From NCBI GenBank assembly GCA_020430005.1, contig JAGQKQ010000001.1, forward strand, positions 1-33,672: DNA of 33,672 bases, in the 5' to 3' direction. This document shows, in pieces, positions 8,324-15,742 of this stretch. Numbering within the stretch: the stretch's first letter is position 1; every line of letters starts with the position of its first letter. The DNA comes from Candidatus Omnitrophota bacterium (GTDB taxonomy: Bacteria; Omnitrophota; Gorgyraeia; Zapsychrales; Zapsychraceae). The notes beneath the pieces are model-generated. The model saw only the letters and a list, made by a program, of their open reading frames with translations, had not been told where the DNA came from and did not search any database. The translations under genes were made by a program, and so were the position numbers.

Positions 8324-9796
8324 ATGACCTTCTGGAAAAATAAAAATGCCGGAGAATGTCTGAAAGCGGCAAACTATTTGTGGTGGCTTCCGGCCTTATT
8401 TCCATTACTAGCGATTCTGTCTTTCTATATACATGGAATGTGGTCCTGGGGATTGATGGACGATGTGAATATGGTAGGCCGTCCCGGAACAATTTGGGAA
8501 AGGTTTTGTGTTTTATTTTCCGATTTATTCCATGCGGGACGTTTTAATCCGACCTTTAGTTTTCACTGCGCTTTTTTTTACCGTATTTTTGAAAATCACC
8601 CGAAAGCCTTTTTTATCTTCCGTTGGATGGAGGTGGTCACGGCTTTAATGCTATGGGGATTTCTGGCTTATAAAGTAACGCAGAAAAAAACAGCTATTCC
8701 TTTATTCTTCGCGATTGCCCTTTCTTTCCTGAAATTTTATGACGCGTTTTTCTTTTTATCCACCCAGGAAATTCTCGGTATATTCTTTTCCGGAGCGGCA
8801 TTGGTATTTTTCTTCTGTGCATTAAAACCGTCCTTTATACATTCCGGCAATCTTAGAAAAACTTCTTTTGTCACGGGAATATTATGCTTGCTGCTGGCGT
8901 TTGGTTCTAAAGAACCGTTTGTATCTGTCGGCATAGCGTTGGGTTTTAGTTTGATTGTGTCTTGGATCAAAGACCGACAGCGGAAAGATTTTTTGGCGGT
9001 GGGTATTATCATATTTTCGTTTTCCGTCGGATATGCGCTTTTCTTGAAAACCTTTATCGCCAAGGGATATTCGGCCGGATACTCTCTAACCTGGAATGAA
9101 ATCAGCGGGAATATTCAGCAATGGTTTTATGATGTTTTGATCGGTAGTCACGGGTTTTGGATCATTATCGCTGTTTTTATTCTATTAGGCACCATATTCT
9201 CGCAGGATAAAAAACAGGAACGATCTGTTTTTTATTTTTGGATTATGATCTTTGGTTTATCTGTTTACGTTTTGTACTTACTGTTGATCCTGCCCTGGAA
9301 TGCTTGGGGACATTATGTGACACCTTTAGGTATTTTCTTCGCGTTTACCCTAACTGTTTTTTTGGCCGGTCTTTTACATTCCGCGCGGACATGGGTTGTG
9401 GGACTGGCGGCTGTTATGAGTTTGGGTGTTAATCTGTATGCCGGTGGAAAGGCGTTACATTTTCACGCGCAGTATCAACAGGATACGCAACAGATGTTAG
9501 TGTGGCTTTCGCAAAACGCTTTGTTTCAGCATGAAGTGATGGAGGCCGGCGCGGTTGTCCGTTGTAATGCCAATGAACCGTCCGGGGCTATTCGGAAGCT
9601 GGTTAATAATTATCATGGACAAAATTATCCCAAGTTTATTTTTACACCTAAGGTGGGCGATATTCTTAATGATCCGGCAACACGATATTACATATGGGCG
9701 CCAAGCTGGGGAGATCAGGATTTAAGGCGGTTAGGGAATATGTGGACACCAATGTTTGTTAGTGAAAGCTGGATTGTCTTCCGAAGAATGCGTTAA
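8324..9796 (+). CDS. polytopic membrane protein, possible GT-C-type glycosyltransferase
   Basis: The 490-aa ORF has more than 10 TM segments and a soluble C-terminal domain. A DD pair (GLMDDVN) sits in the first extracytoplasmic loop, as in ArnT/PMT-like GT-C enzymes. The function is a guess. Confidence 0.45.
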   Translation: MTFWKNKNAGECLKAANYLWWLPALFPLLAILSFYIHGMWSWGLMDDVNMVGRPGTIWERFCVLFSDLFHAGRFNPTFSFHCAFFYRIFENHPKAFFIFRWMEVVTALMLWGFLAYKVTQKKTAIPLFFAIALSFLKFYDAFFFLSTQEILGIFFSGAALVFFFCALKPSFIHSGNLRKTSFVTGILCLLLAFGSKEPFVSVGIALGFSLIVSWIKDRQRKDFLAVGIIIFSFSVGYALFLKTFIAKGYSAGYSLTWNEISGNIQQWFYDVLIGSHGFWIIIAVFILLGTIFSQDKKQERSVFYFWIMIFGLSVYVLYLLLILPWNAWGHYVTPLGIFFAFTLTVFLAGLLHSARTWVVGLAAVMSLGVNLYAGGKALHFHAQYQQDTQQMLVWLSQNALFQHEVMEAGAVVRCNANEPSGAIRKLVNNYHGQNYPKFIFTPKVGDILNDPATRYYIWAPSWGDQDLRRLGNMWTPMFVSESWIVFRRMR

Positions 9797-9931
9797 TTAG
9801 GGACGTACACCTTTTCCCCCTTTTTTAGCGCTTAGCCATTAATTCTTAGTATTTGGTAGATACATCGTTTTCTAAGGACTGCGAACTAGGCGCCAGCTAC
9901 TAAAAGGGGGAAAAGGTGTACGTCCCTAATT
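9795..9931. repeat. 137-bp hairpin element with perfect 30-bp inverted arms (MITE-like or long-stem structure)
   Basis: AATTAGGGACGTACACCTTTTCCCCCTTTT (9795-9824) is the exact reverse complement of 9902-9931, with a 77-nt spacer. The left arm overlaps the TAA stop codon of the upstream CDS. Confidence 0.85.
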
Positions 9932-9945
9932 TACTAATTTATTTC

Positions 9946-9974
9946 TTGACAATTGTCATGACAATTGTTATAAT
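9946..9974 (+). promoter_or_regulatory. consensus sigma70 promoter overlapped by a perfect 20-bp palindromic operator
   Basis: The promoter is TTGACA (9946-9951), 17 nt, TATAAT (9969-9974). The palindrome ACAATTGTCATGACAATTGT (9949-9968) fills the spacer. Confidence 0.6.
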
Positions 9975-10004
9975 TCGAACACATTAAGAAAGAAAAGGAC
10001 GCGT

Positions 10005-10193
10005 ATGTCGGTAACGATTATTAAACAATTAGAGGATTATAGGCAAGGTAAGGGGCTGACATATGCCCAGCTGGCACAGGAGATGGATATACCGGAAACA
10101 TATCTCTACCGCTGGCGTAAAAAACAATGTGTTAAAGGAATTTATGCAAAATTTGTGACATTATTTCTGCAACAGCAAGAAGTCACAGTATAA
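10005..10193 (+). CDS. small helix-turn-helix DNA-binding protein
   Basis: The 62-aa ORF contains GLTYAQLAQEMDIPETYLYRWRKK, a typical HTH similar to excisionase or transposase-OrfA-like TLYRW motifs. It lies 30 nt downstream of the promoter/operator. Confidence 0.6.
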   Translation: MSVTIIKQLEDYRQGKGLTYAQLAQEMDIPETYLYRWRKKQCVKGIYAKFVTLFLQQQEVTV

Positions 10194-10204
10194 GAAAAAA
10201 CATC

Positions 10205-10384
10205 ATGAACATCTTACAGGTTATTAAACAATTTATTGCTTCGGGGTTTTCCTTCCAGTATGCCCCGGCACTGAGAAACTGCCACTCCGGCAGTTCAACC
10301 GTCTCAGTGCGCCCTGAGTGTAAGGCGATGGTGCACGGAATGATTTCCGGCATTGCCGTCTGGACGCTTATGAAGCAAAGATAA
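10205..10384 (+). CDS. possible 59-aa hypothetical protein (below the ORF-track cutoff)
   Basis: My own translation is MNILQVIKQFIASGFSFQYAPALRNCHSGSSTVSVRPECKAMVHGMISGIAVWTLMKQR. It starts 11 nt after the HTH gene and has no clear SD. A 75-aa ORF is open on the opposite strand over the same DNA, so coding status is uncertain. Confidence 0.25.
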   Translation: MNILQVIKQFIASGFSFQYAPALRNCHSGSSTVSVRPECKAMVHGMISGIAVWTLMKQR

Positions 10385-10557
10385 CCTGTTTTCTTCAATC
10401 GTAACACCAATCATTACAAAAAATTCATTTCAAGTTTAACAGGAATCTTTGGTTTCAACGGCCACAGCCAACGGTGACGTCTGCGTAGTGTTGTTTTTTA
10501 TTGTCTAATAACTAAGCACTAGTCACAAAGCACTAATTATGAAAGGAGGTCATAATC

Positions 10558-10650
10558 ATGGAAATGATTAATTTTAACGTTTTAACGCTGGTGTTTTTCT
10601 ATTACAACCAATGGATTAGAAAAAATACCAAAAATAAAGAAGAAAGCTAA
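10558..10650 (+). CDS. possible 30-aa hydrophobic/basic micropeptide
   Basis: A strong AAAGGAGGT SD lies 7 nt upstream of the ATG. The translation is MEMINFNVLTLVFFYYNQWIRKNTKNKEES, a hydrophobic core followed by a charged tail. Confidence 0.35.
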   Translation: MEMINFNVLTLVFFYYNQWIRKNTKNKEES

Positions 10651-10676
10651 TTTAAAAACATAACAACGAGGTTAAT

Positions 10677-10931
10677 ATGAAAAAAAGAATAGATACAGAA
10701 CAAAAAAACATAAAGCCATTATCCAGCCTTGAACAGGTCTTGCGATTAACGGCGTTGGTTTACCTTGAAGAAGCGTTGATTCTTCAGGAGTACGAGCGCT
10801 GCCCTGAATTGATTGCCAAGGCGAAAGCCTTCGGAGCGTCTAAACGGGCAATCCGACGTTTGTTAGCTGGATATGTCCGTGGTTCAAAACGCCGGGGAAA
10901 ACCCTCGGTTACAACCGTTCCACGGTTCTAA
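10677..10931 (+). CDS. hypothetical small basic protein
   Basis: The 84-aa ORF follows a GAGG SD. It has a helical middle (LEEALILQEYERCPELIAKAK, UVR-motif-like) and a very basic tail. I recognised no family. Confidence 0.5.
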   Translation: MKKRIDTEQKNIKPLSSLEQVLRLTALVYLEEALILQEYERCPELIAKAKAFGASKRAIRRLLAGYVRGSKRRGKPSVTTVPRF

Positions 10932-10968
10932 TCGGGAGGTAATCCTATGGCGCCATGTTGGCACCCTT

Positions 10969-11011
10969 GAAGAGGATGGTCCATTTCTAAAATGAGCCAT
11001 CCTCTTTTTTT
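10969..11011 (+). terminator. intrinsic terminator
   Basis: The GAAGAGGATGG stem pairs with CCATCCTCTT and is followed by a T7 run. Confidence 0.7.
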
Positions 11012-11113
11012 GTCTGCGAAAGTTGCTTGTTATCTTTACTTCATAAAATAAGTCGTGTATTATGGGTTAGTGTTTAGAGAAATCTTAGATTTTTTCACTA
11101 TAAAACGGTCTAT

Positions 11114-12196
11114 ATGAAAGTTCTTCAAGAAATTGCCGTCTTATTTTTTAAACTCGGACTCATTGCCTTTGGCGGACCGGCTGCTCATATTGCCATGATG
11201 GAAGACGAGGTGGTCACAAAACGCCAATGGATGTCCAGAGATCACTTTTTAGATCTGGTTGGTGCGACCAATTTGATCCCCGGTCCTAATTCCACCGAAA
11301 TGGCGATCCATTGCGGGTATCATCGCGGAGGATGGATGGGGCTTATCATCGCCGGTGTTTGTTTTATTCTTCCTGCCGTTGTTTTAACAGGTATTCTTGC
11401 CCATTTTTATGTTCTTTACGGAACTCTTCCTGCAATTGAACCATTTATTTACGGTATTCGTCCGGCTGTTTTAGCGATTATCATTGCGGCCATTATCAAG
11501 CTAGGAAAAAAGGCTTTGAAAGGATGGCAGCTGGCTGTCATCGGCAGCGCGGTAACGATAGGTGTGATCGGCGGATTTAATGAAATCGCGGCGATTCTTT
11601 GCGGCGGTTTGATCGGTGCTGTTTGGCTGAATGTTATAGATACGAAAGGACAGGGAAAAGGTGTTAAACTCTTAACCCTATCACCGCTATTTCTCGTGTT
11701 TTTAAAAATTGGGGCGGTTCTCTTTGGAAGCGGATACGTTTTAATTGCGTACTTGGAAGGAGAGCTTGTTGAAAAGCTGGGATGGATTACACAATCTCAA
11801 TTATTAGATGCTGTTGCGATAGGACAGTTTACTCCCGGCCCTGTTCTTTCCACGGCAACGTTTATTGGTTATCAGGTGCAGGGTGTGCAGGGAGCGGTTT
11901 TGGCGACGTTAGGTATCTTTTTGCCGTCCTTTTTATTCGTGGCGCTTTTAAATCCGCTTGTTCCGAAAATGCGTAAATCGCGTTGGTTATCAAAGTTTCT
12001 GGATGCTGTTAATATCAGCGCGGTCGGTGTGATGGCGGGAGTTACTATAAGTTTGACGATGACGACCGTTACATCCTGGCAGACAGGACTTATTGCATTG
12101 ATCAGTATACTGGCAGTGATTCTTATTAAGAAAATAAATGTGTTATGGATTGTGATCGGCGGTTCGGGACTGGGATATATTTTTTCCTATATTTAG
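11114..12196 (+). CDS. chrA: chromate transporter (CHR family)
   Basis: FFKLGLIAFGGPAAHIAMMEDEVV and a second FGSGYVLIAYLE half show the duplicated CHR domains. The protein is polytopic. Confidence 0.85.
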   Translation: MKVLQEIAVLFFKLGLIAFGGPAAHIAMMEDEVVTKRQWMSRDHFLDLVGATNLIPGPNSTEMAIHCGYHRGGWMGLIIAGVCFILPAVVLTGILAHFYVLYGTLPAIEPFIYGIRPAVLAIIIAAIIKLGKKALKGWQLAVIGSAVTIGVIGGFNEIAAILCGGLIGAVWLNVIDTKGQGKGVKLLTLSPLFLVFLKIGAVLFGSGYVLIAYLEGELVEKLGWITQSQLLDAVAIGQFTPGPVLSTATFIGYQVQGVQGAVLATLGIFLPSFLFVALLNPLVPKMRKSRWLSKFLDAVNISAVGVMAGVTISLTMTTVTSWQTGLIALISILAVILIKKINVLWIVIGGSGLGYIFSYI

Positions 12197-12242
12197 TCAT
12201 CGAATAGATTCGGACGATTTTAACCAAAAGGAGAAAAGGCTT

Positions 12243-12653
12243 ATGAGCAGAGCAGCAAATAAAGGATTACATGTCGGTCTTTTATGGCTGAGGGTTTTAA
12301 TGGGCTTTGGGATGGCCTACCATGGTTTCGGTAAAGTTTTTGGCGGAAACATGGACGGCTTTATTCAGGGCGTTACGAATTTGGGATTTCCCAAGCCGGA
12401 GATTTTTGCTTGGGCAGCGGCTTTGTCGGAATTTGGCGGCGGCCTGTTAATCGTAATCGGTCTGTTGACACGGCCGGCGGCTTTGTTTGTTTTGTGTACG
12501 ATGTTTGTGGCCGCTTTTATGCAGCATAGCGGGGACCCTTTTAAGGACAAAGAACTGGCTTTAGCCTATTTGGTGATAGCCGGAGCGTTAATGATGACCG
12601 GGGCGGGGCGATACAGTTTGGATGATAAAATTAAAAAGAAGTATTCGGGGTAA
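12243..12653 (+). CDS. DoxX family membrane protein
   Basis: The 136-aa ORF has 4 TM segments. LRVLMGFGMAYHGFGKVFGG and AALSEFGGGLLIVIGLLTRPAAL are DoxX-like. Confidence 0.8.
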   Translation: MSRAANKGLHVGLLWLRVLMGFGMAYHGFGKVFGGNMDGFIQGVTNLGFPKPEIFAWAAALSEFGGGLLIVIGLLTRPAALFVLCTMFVAAFMQHSGDPFKDKELALAYLVIAGALMMTGAGRYSLDDKIKKKYSG

Positions 12654-12658
12654 AAAAA

Positions 12659-12684
12659 AGGGCGGTCTTTATTAAGGCCGCCCT
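12659..12684. terminator. hairpin between convergent genes (bidirectional terminator candidate)
   Basis: GGGCGGTC...GGCCGCCC is flanked by an A-run on the left and a T-rich tract on the right. Confidence 0.5.
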
Positions 12685-12699
12685 CTTTGAAAAGAATCA

Positions 12700-13428
12700 T
12701 TAGAATGTGTAGTTAAGTCCTGTAATGAGCAAAGTATCGGTATTCTTTTTTCCCGCGGAAGGATCTGTATCATAATCAACCGTAAATTTTACGGACAAAT
12801 CCATATTCTTGCTGACAGGGTTTGTAAATTCTGTTGTAGACTTCAGACTTGTTCCATCGCCTTCCAATGACGGATAGACATAGAAATCTTCGGAAAGAAA
12901 AGCATTCTCCAGAATCTGTTTTTTCGCGAAAATACGGCCATAGGCGGTTACCGATTCGTCGTCCGGTTGAGCACTTTTATAGTTGGTGATGTTATAACCC
13001 AAACCGGCTTCTGTTGATAATGTCCAATCGTCTTCTCTGGCCCACCAGTAACCAATACCGGTAGAAGGCAGGATACGGTAATCCACATCAGCGAAAAAGT
13101 CGTGCTCAACTAATAATTGGAAAGAGTTAAACCAGCGTTTTTCTTCACCAAAGTCATAAGAATAACGGGTTGTACTGCTCCATTTTTGAGAATCCATTTT
13201 TCCTTCAGATTCGGAATAAAAAACGTCAACACCTGAGAAAAATTCTGAACTATCCATAACTTTTTTAATGGATCCCGCTAAAGCGAGTTGAGATTTCTCG
13301 GTATTTCCATTAGCTTGGTTATATCCGATCGATATTTTTCTTTTCCAGCCGATTTCTTCAGCTGACACATTTCCCCCGATATTCATCAACAGAATACAGG
13401 CCGTTATTGCGATAATTGTCCTTTTCAT
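12700..13428 (-). CDS. DUF481 family outer-membrane beta-barrel protein (YdiY-like)
   Basis: It has a signal peptide, GYNQANGNTEKS early on, alternating beta-strand patterning, and the terminal aromatic ...GLNYTF. A strong TAAGGAGGAG SD precedes the start. Confidence 0.7.
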   Translation of the reverse strand: MKRTIIAITACILLMNIGGNVSAEEIGWKRKISIGYNQANGNTEKSQLALAGSIKKVMDSSEFFSGVDVFYSESEGKMDSQKWSSTTRYSYDFGEEKRWFNSFQLLVEHDFFADVDYRILPSTGIGYWWAREDDWTLSTEAGLGYNITNYKSAQPDDESVTAYGRIFAKKQILENAFLSEDFYVYPSLEGDGTSLKSTTEFTNPVSKNMDLSVKFTVDYDTDPSAGKKNTDTLLITGLNYTF

Positions 13429-13465
13429 TACTCCTCCTTATGTATTGTCATTAAAATTTCGGCCC

Positions 13466-13493
13466 ATTATAGGGAAGCTCTCATATTTTTCAA
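13466..13493 (-). promoter_or_regulatory. sigma70-like promoter for the DUF481 gene
   Basis: On the minus strand it reads TTGAAA, 16 nt, TATAAT, about 35 nt upstream of the SD. Confidence 0.45.
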
Positions 13494-13551
13494 GTAAAAA
13501 ATTCCCGTATTTTGGAGCGGTTGCCACAAATGTGGAAATTTAGAAATAATG

Positions 13552-13580
13552 TATGTACAGCCGGAAATTTTTGGTATAAT
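13552..13580 (+). promoter_or_regulatory. extended -10 promoter candidate for the AdoMetDC-like gene
   Basis: TGGTATAAT lies at 13572-13580 with a weak -35 (TATGTA/TGTACA region). This leaves a leader of about 100 nt. Confidence 0.35.
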
Positions 13581-13682
13581 TGCAACGATCTGGAAGAAAA
13601 TAGAATTTAGGAAAATATATGAAATTGGGTGCCACGGCGCAACCGGAGAGGCTCCATTTAACACCAAGACAAAGGAGTGTCC

Positions 13683-14114
13683 ATGAAAAATATGGAACAA
13701 AAGGTGTCCGCAACCTCTCTTAAAAGCAGGGAAATCATGGCAAAGAACGCGGCCGTACAGGAAGACGTTTGGGGAATTGCCAGCAGTATTGATATTTATG
13801 AATGTTGTCCGGAAACTATCCGCAGCGCTGAACGGATTAAAGAATTTGTGGTTAAACTTTGTGATTTGATCGGTATGAAGCGTTTTGGAGAGACCCAGGT
13901 TGTTCATTTCGGTGAAGAGGAGCGGGTGGCCGGTTTTTCCATGGTCCAGTTAATCGAAACATCTTTGATCTCCGCGCATTTTGCCAATTTAACCAATACG
14001 GTTTATTTGGATGTATTCAGTTGTAAAGCTTATGATTTAGAAGTTGTCCGTGATTTTGCTCAAGAATTCTTTGGCGGACGCTACTGCCGCACCAATATGA
14101 CACACCGATATTAA
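13683..14114 (+). CDS. speH: S-adenosylmethionine decarboxylase-related pyruvoyl enzyme (SpeH/SpeD class 1)
   Basis: VQLIETSLISAHFANL...VYLDVFSCK aligns with the SpeH ISESHLTIH...IDLFTCG core. The residue before the processing Ser is Thr rather than Glu. The ATG at 13683 follows an AAGGAG SD by 5 nt. Confidence 0.7.
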   Translation: MKNMEQKVSATSLKSREIMAKNAAVQEDVWGIASSIDIYECCPETIRSAERIKEFVVKLCDLIGMKRFGETQVVHFGEEERVAGFSMVQLIETSLISAHFANLTNTVYLDVFSCKAYDLEVVRDFAQEFFGGRYCRTNMTHRY

Positions 14115-14120
14115 TCAAAA

Positions 14121-14168
14121 AGGGACGGGAATTACTTATTCACAGGTAAATAACCGTCCCTTTTTTTT
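14121..14168 (+). terminator. intrinsic terminator
   Basis: AGGGACGG...CCGTCCCT is followed by a T8 run. Confidence 0.75.
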
Positions 14169-14244
14169 CAAAACATGATAGGATATATCTGAGAAACAAA
14201 TGTCCATCATTGTCCGCCATTTTATCCTTAACCCATAAACTTTA

Positions 14245-15714
14245 ATGTTTGAGATAACAACCTTACTTATTATCTTATTCCAAATTTATATGGCCTTTAC
14301 GGTTATCGTGTTATTGCTGGATAACCGGGAACCGGCCGAAACATTTGCCTGGATATTCATTTTCATTTTAATGCCCGGTGTCGGCTTTATTGTTTATCTG
14401 TTCGCTGGTCGGAATTGGCGGAACGCGGGCAAGCGCCGGCGCAATCTTCCGCAGTATCTTGCCAAGAATCTCTTTTCTGTATTTAAGCCTCTGGAAGATG
14501 CTCAGGAAGAAAAAATGGCTATTGTGGAGGATGAGTTGTCCTCCTATCAAGATGATTTAATACGGCTGCTTTATAATAATTCCCATTCTTTAATGACGAC
14601 ACGGAATAGGGTTAAGTTTTTCCATAGCGGAAAAGAAAAGTTTGAAGCGTTAATTAGAGATATTGAAGAGGCCAAAGATTATATTCATATGGAGTACTTT
14701 ATCTGGACTTCCCATGATCCCTTGGGAAAACGGTTGAAAGAACTTCTCATCAGAAAGGCCGGAGAAGGAGTAGAGATCCGTATTCTCTTTGATTTTTCGG
14801 GATGCTTTTTTAAACTAAATTATTTTTACGTTCGAAGTCTAAGAAAAGCCGGTATTAAGATTTTCCCATTCTTTAATTATTTATCTCCGTTTAAACTGCA
14901 CACTTTTAATTACCGAAATCATCGCAAGATAGCCGTTATTGATGGAAGGATTGCCTATACAGGTGGTATGAACATCGGTCAGGAATATATTGACGGTGGT
15001 CAGAAATATGAATCGTGGCGAGATACCCATATGCGTGTTGAAGGAGAGTCGGTGGCTGTATTACAGGCTATTTTTGCTATCGACTGGTATAACACCACGG
15101 AAGAAGAAAATGTGTTTAAAGGAAAGTATTATCCTTCAGTGCTCTGTAATCAAAATGATTATGACTATATCCCTATGCAGTTTCCCACGTCCGGATTTGA
15201 TTCAAAGTGGCCGTCCATTTTGCATTTGTACTTTTCGATTATTACAATGGCTCAAAAAAATATTTATATTACATCACCATATTTTATTCCCGAACCGAGT
15301 TTGCTAATGGCTCTGAAGACAGCCGCGATGAGAGGGATAGAGGTTATAGTTCTCCTTACCGGTGTTCCGGATAAAAAACTTCCTTACTGGGCGGCTTTTT
15401 CTTATTTTGAAGAATTGCTCCAGGCCGGCGTCAGGGTTTTTCATTATCAGAAGGGATTCTTGCATGCCAAGATTATTTCCTCCGATGAAAATGTGTGTAC
15501 TATAGGAACGGCGAATTTTGATATACGAAGTTTAAAATTAAATTATGAAGTTAATGCCTTAATCTATGACGAAATTTTTACCAAAGAAATTGATCAACAA
15601 TTTTATAAAGATTTAGAGGCGTCTAAGGAAATGAGTTTGGCGGATTTCAAACAGGTTTCCGTTTTGGTCAAATTGCGAAATTCCTTAATCCGATTATTAT
15701 CACCGTTATTATAA
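14245..15714 (+). CDS. cls: cardiolipin synthase (PLD superfamily, two HKD motifs)
   Basis: It has two N-terminal TM helices and the HKD motifs HRKIAVIDG...GGMNIG and LHAKIISSD...GTANFD. Length and architecture match ClsA. Confidence 0.9.
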   Translation: MFEITTLLIILFQIYMAFTVIVLLLDNREPAETFAWIFIFILMPGVGFIVYLFAGRNWRNAGKRRRNLPQYLAKNLFSVFKPLEDAQEEKMAIVEDELSSYQDDLIRLLYNNSHSLMTTRNRVKFFHSGKEKFEALIRDIEEAKDYIHMEYFIWTSHDPLGKRLKELLIRKAGEGVEIRILFDFSGCFFKLNYFYVRSLRKAGIKIFPFFNYLSPFKLHTFNYRNHRKIAVIDGRIAYTGGMNIGQEYIDGGQKYESWRDTHMRVEGESVAVLQAIFAIDWYNTTEEENVFKGKYYPSVLCNQNDYDYIPMQFPTSGFDSKWPSILHLYFSIITMAQKNIYITSPYFIPEPSLLMALKTAAMRGIEVIVLLTGVPDKKLPYWAAFSYFEELLQAGVRVFHYQKGFLHAKIISSDENVCTIGTANFDIRSLKLNYEVNALIYDEIFTKEIDQQFYKDLEASKEMSLADFKQVSVLVKLRNSLIRLLSPLL

Positions 15715-15742
15715 GAATAGTTTTTATAAAGAAGGTTGTGAT

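Noticed and set aside
10183-10410. 75-aa minus-strand ORF (TTG start)
   Set aside because: It has no SD and a non-ATG start, it is antisense to the co-directional cassette, and it overlaps the 3' end of the HTH gene. I kept it only as an ambiguity in the findings.
13467-13907. 146-aa ORF on the minus strand
   Set aside because: It overlaps the divergent promoter region and the 5' half of the AdoMetDC-like CDS, which has recognisable family motifs and a good SD. The minus ORF has no SD and an odd composition.
14245-15714. PLD-family (HKD) protein as a defence nuclease
   Set aside because: It has two N-terminal TM helices, two HKD motifs with ClsA spacing, and a lipid-enzyme neighbourhood. 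It is an ordinary cardiolipin synthase.
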